A stretch of 39,695 nucleotides of DNA, taken from a virus (Duplodnaviria; Heunggongvirae; Uroviricota; Caudoviricetes). The DNA lies in IMG/VR virus record IMGVR_UViG_3300032167_007646; one strand, given 5' to 3'. This document shows, piece by piece, positions 36,280-39,695 of the stretch; positions within the stretch are counted from its first letter, which is position 1, and the number at the start of each line of letters is the position of its first letter. The notes under the pieces were generated by a model that was not told the DNA's origin, made no database searches, and saw nothing but the letters and a program-made list of their open reading frames with translations. The position numbers were made by a program, and so were the translations under genes.

Positions 36280-36720
36280 CTCAAAATCTCTTAATTTCGT
36301 TAATCTACTACAAAATTCTTGACTTGTTAAAACTGTTTCTGACTTTTTATTCTTACCTATACTATGAGTAAAACTACAACTCTTACAAGACTGAATATCC
36401 CTACGATAATTCTCATTTTGGTCATATACAGTTTGATATAATCTATCTAACAATTCTTGATATTCCTTACTATCTCTTTTATATTCTTTACCATTCCAAT
36501 ACAATTTCTGATACTGCTGCCAATTCTTGTTTGCACCTTTTTTCTTAGCAACCATACCCACTAATTTACAAACTTCTTTTTGCATTTCAACATTCTTAAA
36601 CTTAAAACTTTGTAATACACCCTCTATTGAATTACACTCTACACCATCAAATATAAACTTACGAGGTGTAAAATTACTCAATCTACCTGCTACACCACCT
36701 GAACCTTTGCCTATATCCAT
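36271..36720 (-). CDS. T4 gp30.3-like NADAR-superfamily protein
   Basis: LSNF...F.FDG....EG.LQ..K.KNVE.Q, LYWNG..Y.R.S, QN..., HS.G...T.LT..EF...L..LRD match the recalled gp30.3 pattern. Confidence 0.8.
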   Translation of the reverse strand: MDIGKGSGGVAGRLSNFTPRKFIFDGVECNSIEGVLQSFKFKNVEMQKEVCKLVGMVAKKKGANKNWQQYQKLYWNGKEYKRDSKEYQELLDRLYQTVYDQNENYRRDIQSCKSCSFTHSIGKNKKSETVLTSQEFCSRLTKLRDFEKI

Positions 36721-36728
36721 AATAACAC

Positions 36729-37586
36729 CTACTTATCAAGATTTTTTGCAAATACATCAGATACTTCACTGATAATTATATAAGCATCAGGGTCAATCTC
36801 ATGAATTATATCACGCATTTTTGTTATCTGAAACCTATTTACTACAAAATAAATCATTGATTTATCTGCACTTGAATACCATCCTGTTGCCTTTACTTTT
36901 GTCATACCACTTTCAAATGTATCTGACAAAATAGAACAAATCTTATCACCCTTACCTGTTACTATTATAGCACATTTAGCTTTATCAAAACCCTCTACAA
37001 TATAATCAACAACTTTTAAACCAAGCATATATGTAACTATTGAATATAAGGGTAAAACCCAACTACCTATAATTATTCCAGCAACAATATATAAAACACA
37101 GTTATAACACATAACAAAAGTTCCAACTGAAATACCTAATCTTTTTGCAAAAATTACTGCCATTACTTCTATACCATCAATTGCACCACCATAACGAATT
37201 ACCATACCACTACCTATACCTGATAATATTCCACCAAATACAGCACATAAAAATAAATCCATTACTTCAAAATGTGTGGTCCATATCTCTAAAAAATGTC
37301 CTTTTATAATATAACTAAACAATGAATACATACATACAGCATACAAAGAATATATTGTAAACTCTTTACCCTGCTTTTTTAATCCATAAGCAAATAATGG
37401 TATATTTAATATTAACAAAAATATCGATAATGTAAATACTGAAGGTGTTAATCTATCTAACAACATAGAAGTTCCTGATATACCACCATCATATAAACCT
37501 GAAGGAGTTAAAAACAAACATACACCCATTGAATTTATTATACCTGCTATTGTCAACAACACAAAATTAGTCAATTTTAATTTCAA
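36729..37586 (-). CDS. YitT-family membrane protein
   Basis: LYDGGISG, LNIPLF, GG..SG.G.G...RYGG..DG, G.Y, IDPDAYIII. Confidence 0.88.
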   Translation of the reverse strand: MKLKLTNFVLLTIAGIINSMGVCLFLTPSGLYDGGISGTSMLLDRLTPSVFTLSIFLLILNIPLFAYGLKKQGKEFTIYSLYAVCMYSLFSYIIKGHFLEIWTTHFEVMDLFLCAVFGGILSGIGSGMVIRYGGAIDGIEVMAVIFAKRLGISVGTFVMCYNCVLYIVAGIIIGSWVLPLYSIVTYMLGLKVVDYIVEGFDKAKCAIIVTGKGDKICSILSDTFESGMTKVKATGWYSSADKSMIYFVVNRFQITKMRDIIHEIDPDAYIIISEVSDVFAKNLDK

Positions 37587-37606
37587 TTTAACCCCTCATT
37601 TCTATA

Positions 37607-38371
37607 TCAAATACTTTCTATTCTCTCTTTTGCAATATTAAAATAATTTTCATCTATTTCAATACCATAAAACTTTCTATTTAATTCTTTACAAGCCACC
37701 CCTGTTGTGCCTGAACCCATACAACTATCTAGCACTATATCACCTACATTACTATAAGTCTGTATTAAATATTTAACTAATTCTAATGGCTTTTGTGTAG
37801 GATGAATATACTTTTTCTCACAATCAAAATACAAAACATTACTTGGATAATTTGTATATTTTTGAACATACTCACTATCACTATTTAATGAATTACTCTC
37901 ACCCAAGTTATTATTATTATATGTAATTAGACCTTTACGCTTACTTGTATTCTTTTTGGTTTTATTTACTTCTACTAAACCCTGTGGATTATAAATCATT
38001 GGATTACTCTTACCACCAGCAGAAGCATTAGCCTTACTAAAAACCATTATATCCTCATAAGAACGCATAGGTCTATAATTACAATTTGCAAAACCTGTTG
38101 CCCTATTTTTAACCCATTTCCAATCATATCTATAATAATCAGGTTGACTTTGTCTTAACATACTTGAAAATGGCTCATTACCAAACAAAACTATTGCACC
38201 ATTATCTGTAATAACCCTTAAATATTGTTCCCACATTTTATCAAAATCAAGTATCTTATCCCATTTGGAACGAGTTTCACCATAAGGTAAATCTGTTAAA
38301 ATTAAATTTACTGATTTATCTTTTATATTTCGCATTTCTTTTATACAATCATCATTAACCAATTTTATCAT
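37607..38371 (-). CDS. DNA amino-methyltransferase (N4-C/N6-A, beta class)
   Basis: ILTDLPY, HPTQKP, VLDSCMGSGTTG, GIEID. Confidence 0.93.
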   Translation of the reverse strand: MIKLVNDDCIKEMRNIKDKSVNLILTDLPYGETRSKWDKILDFDKMWEQYLRVITDNGAIVLFGNEPFSSMLRQSQPDYYRYDWKWVKNRATGFANCNYRPMRSYEDIMVFSKANASAGGKSNPMIYNPQGLVEVNKTKKNTSKRKGLITYNNNNLGESNSLNSDSEYVQKYTNYPSNVLYFDCEKKYIHPTQKPLELVKYLIQTYSNVGDIVLDSCMGSGTTGVACKELNRKFYGIEIDENYFNIAKERIESI

Positions 38372-38379
38372 TTTATCAC

Positions 38380-38820
38380 CTATAAACCTTTTACCCTTTT
38401 TAAATCTATCTTCTCATCTGGATTTAGCAACAATATATCCACTAAATCATTTTGATAAGAATTTTCATCTTCTTCTCTCCACTTTTCCCAATTTTCAAAC
38501 ATATCATCCACTTCTGCAATATTTTCACAATAGACAGAAAAAGGAAGTTCAGTAAAATTATAAGAACTTTCATTCAACTTATCTTCTAACCAAGAACCAC
38601 TTTGAATTGGATGTCTTTCACCCATCCAATAAAGAAAATAACCTTTTTTTGAAAAAGGTTCGTGTTCATAATAAGCAGAATGTATAGGCTTTTTATATCT
38701 ACAAGCCATATTTGTTATTACAAAATCTGACATTTCTTCAAAATTATCATTAAATACCTTACATAATTTAATCAAATCTGATTTATTCTTACAAAATATG
38801 AAACTTTCTTGATAACCCAT
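38380..38820 (-). CDS. hypothetical protein
   Basis: AAGGTG RBS; MGYQES...GERH. Confidence 0.7.
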   Translation of the reverse strand: MGYQESFIFCKNKSDLIKLCKVFNDNFEEMSDFVITNMACRYKKPIHSAYYEHEPFSKKGYFLYWMGERHPIQSGSWLEDKLNESSYNFTELPFSVYCENIAEVDDMFENWEKWREEDENSYQNDLVDILLLNPDEKIDLKRVKGL

Positions 38821-38825
38821 CTAAA

Positions 38826-39695
38826 TCACACCTTTTTTCTATCAAATACATTCAAAATTTCAATCACAGGATTTTTCTTTACAGTTCCACTAACATTACC
38901 TTTTTTTCTACCCTCTGATAAAACTATTGAACGAGAATTTTCCATTGAATAACCCTCTGAAACATAAACATTACAAGTTTCTCTTAAATTTGACACCACT
39001 TTTTCAACATCAAAATTATAAAAATAACCTGTAGTATTTTTATATGGAGGGTCTATGTATACTACCTTTTTTCTTTTATCCTCTTTTACATCATACTCAA
39101 ATCTTATAATATTACCCCAATGACCTTTTATTAAACTATTATTATTTAACACTATATTTTCAACACGAGAATATAATGTTTCTGGCATAGGCATCATAGG
39201 ATTTACAGGACTTTTTCTATTGCTGGTTTCAGTAGGCAACCAATAACTTCTAAATGTGTTATTACACCATTTCCACCCATCACCTACATTATCTATCCAT
39301 ATTTGTTTACTACCAAAAGCACCAGCCTGTAATATTAAATAATGATAAGGTAACAAATCATTATTTACAGGTTTTTCACTCAAATCTCTTAAATATTCTT
39401 GTATTTTATCCACCTCTGGTAAGCTATCAATTACTTCACGAAACTTTTTAAGACTAAAATCACCTCTGCCCACCATTTCATAAAATAAACCAAACAACCC
39501 TGCATCATTAAATACAGTTTCATAACCACGATTTACTGCCTCTAATCCTACAGAGCCACTACCACAACATAAGTCATAAAATACAAAATCTCTACCATTC
39601 TCTTCTTCAATTATATCTAAAATTCTTTCACAAAGCCTTTGTTTGCCTCCTTGATATGAACAAGGAGGCACCAAAGAAAACAATTTATCAGCCAT
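38826..39695 (-). CDS. DNA adenine methyltransferase (Dam/D12-like, alpha class)
   Basis: YQGGKQR, DLCCGSGSV, FND, YIDPPY; ATG is the last codon of the window, so the start cannot be confirmed. Confidence 0.85.
   Translation of the reverse strand: MADKLFSLVPPCSYQGGKQRLCERILDIIEEENGRDFVFYDLCCGSGSVGLEAVNRGYETVFNDAGLFGLFYEMVGRGDFSLKKFREVIDSLPEVDKIQEYLRDLSEKPVNNDLLPYHYLILQAGAFGSKQIWIDNVGDGWKWCNNTFRSYWLPTETSNRKSPVNPMMPMPETLYSRVENIVLNNNSLIKGHWGNIIRFEYDVKEDKRKKVVYIDPPYKNTTGYFYNFDVEKVVSNLRETCNVYVSEGYSMENSRSIVLSEGRKKGNVSGTVKKNPVIEILNVFDRKKV

Noticed and set aside
947-39451. All other short plus-strand ORFs in the track
   Set aside because: Lie antisense to well-supported minus-strand genes, have F/I/L/Y-biased shadow composition and lack RBSs
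1-39695. Stop-codon reassignment as in some large phages
   Set aside because: Conserved genes (dnaK, kptA, MTases, EAL) are full length in code 11 and coding density is high

Overview
AT-rich, gene-dense window with about 75 genuine CDSs, all on the minus strand. It has the layout of the accessory/early region of a large Firmicutes (probably Clostridia) phage or phage-like extrachromosomal element. This is an inference: no virion, replication, integrase, tRNA, rRNA or CRISPR features are visible here. Most genes are small hypotheticals, many of them Cys-rich or paralogous. They sit in cassettes bounded by intrinsic terminators and eight near-consensus sigma-A promoters (TTGACA-17-TGnTATAAT). 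A second intergenic motif (TTGGACATAAA / TTTTACACATA) marks units that lack such a promoter. Recognisable cargo includes a dispersed tRNA/RNA end-healing set (Thg1-like, KptA/Tpt1, RNase Z with an extra C-terminal domain, a PNK-like P-loop kinase, a SAK-type HAD phosphatase). It also includes a GC-shifted DUF2828/vWA (TROVE/Ro60-like) gene with a structured repeat-containing leader, NAD/ADP-ribose-related genes (T4 gp30.3-like NADAR, SLOG) and a stand-alone EAL phosphodiesterase. The remaining cargo is an orphan dnaK, three DNA methyltransferases, two secreted cell-surface proteins (SLH-zincin; copper-amine-oxidase-N-like) and membrane proteins (ECF S component, DedA/VTT, YitT, FeoA-like). Many start codons were moved from the ORF track to fit RBSs, and two small ORFs plus one partial ORF were added. 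All family calls come from motif recognition by eye, not database searches.
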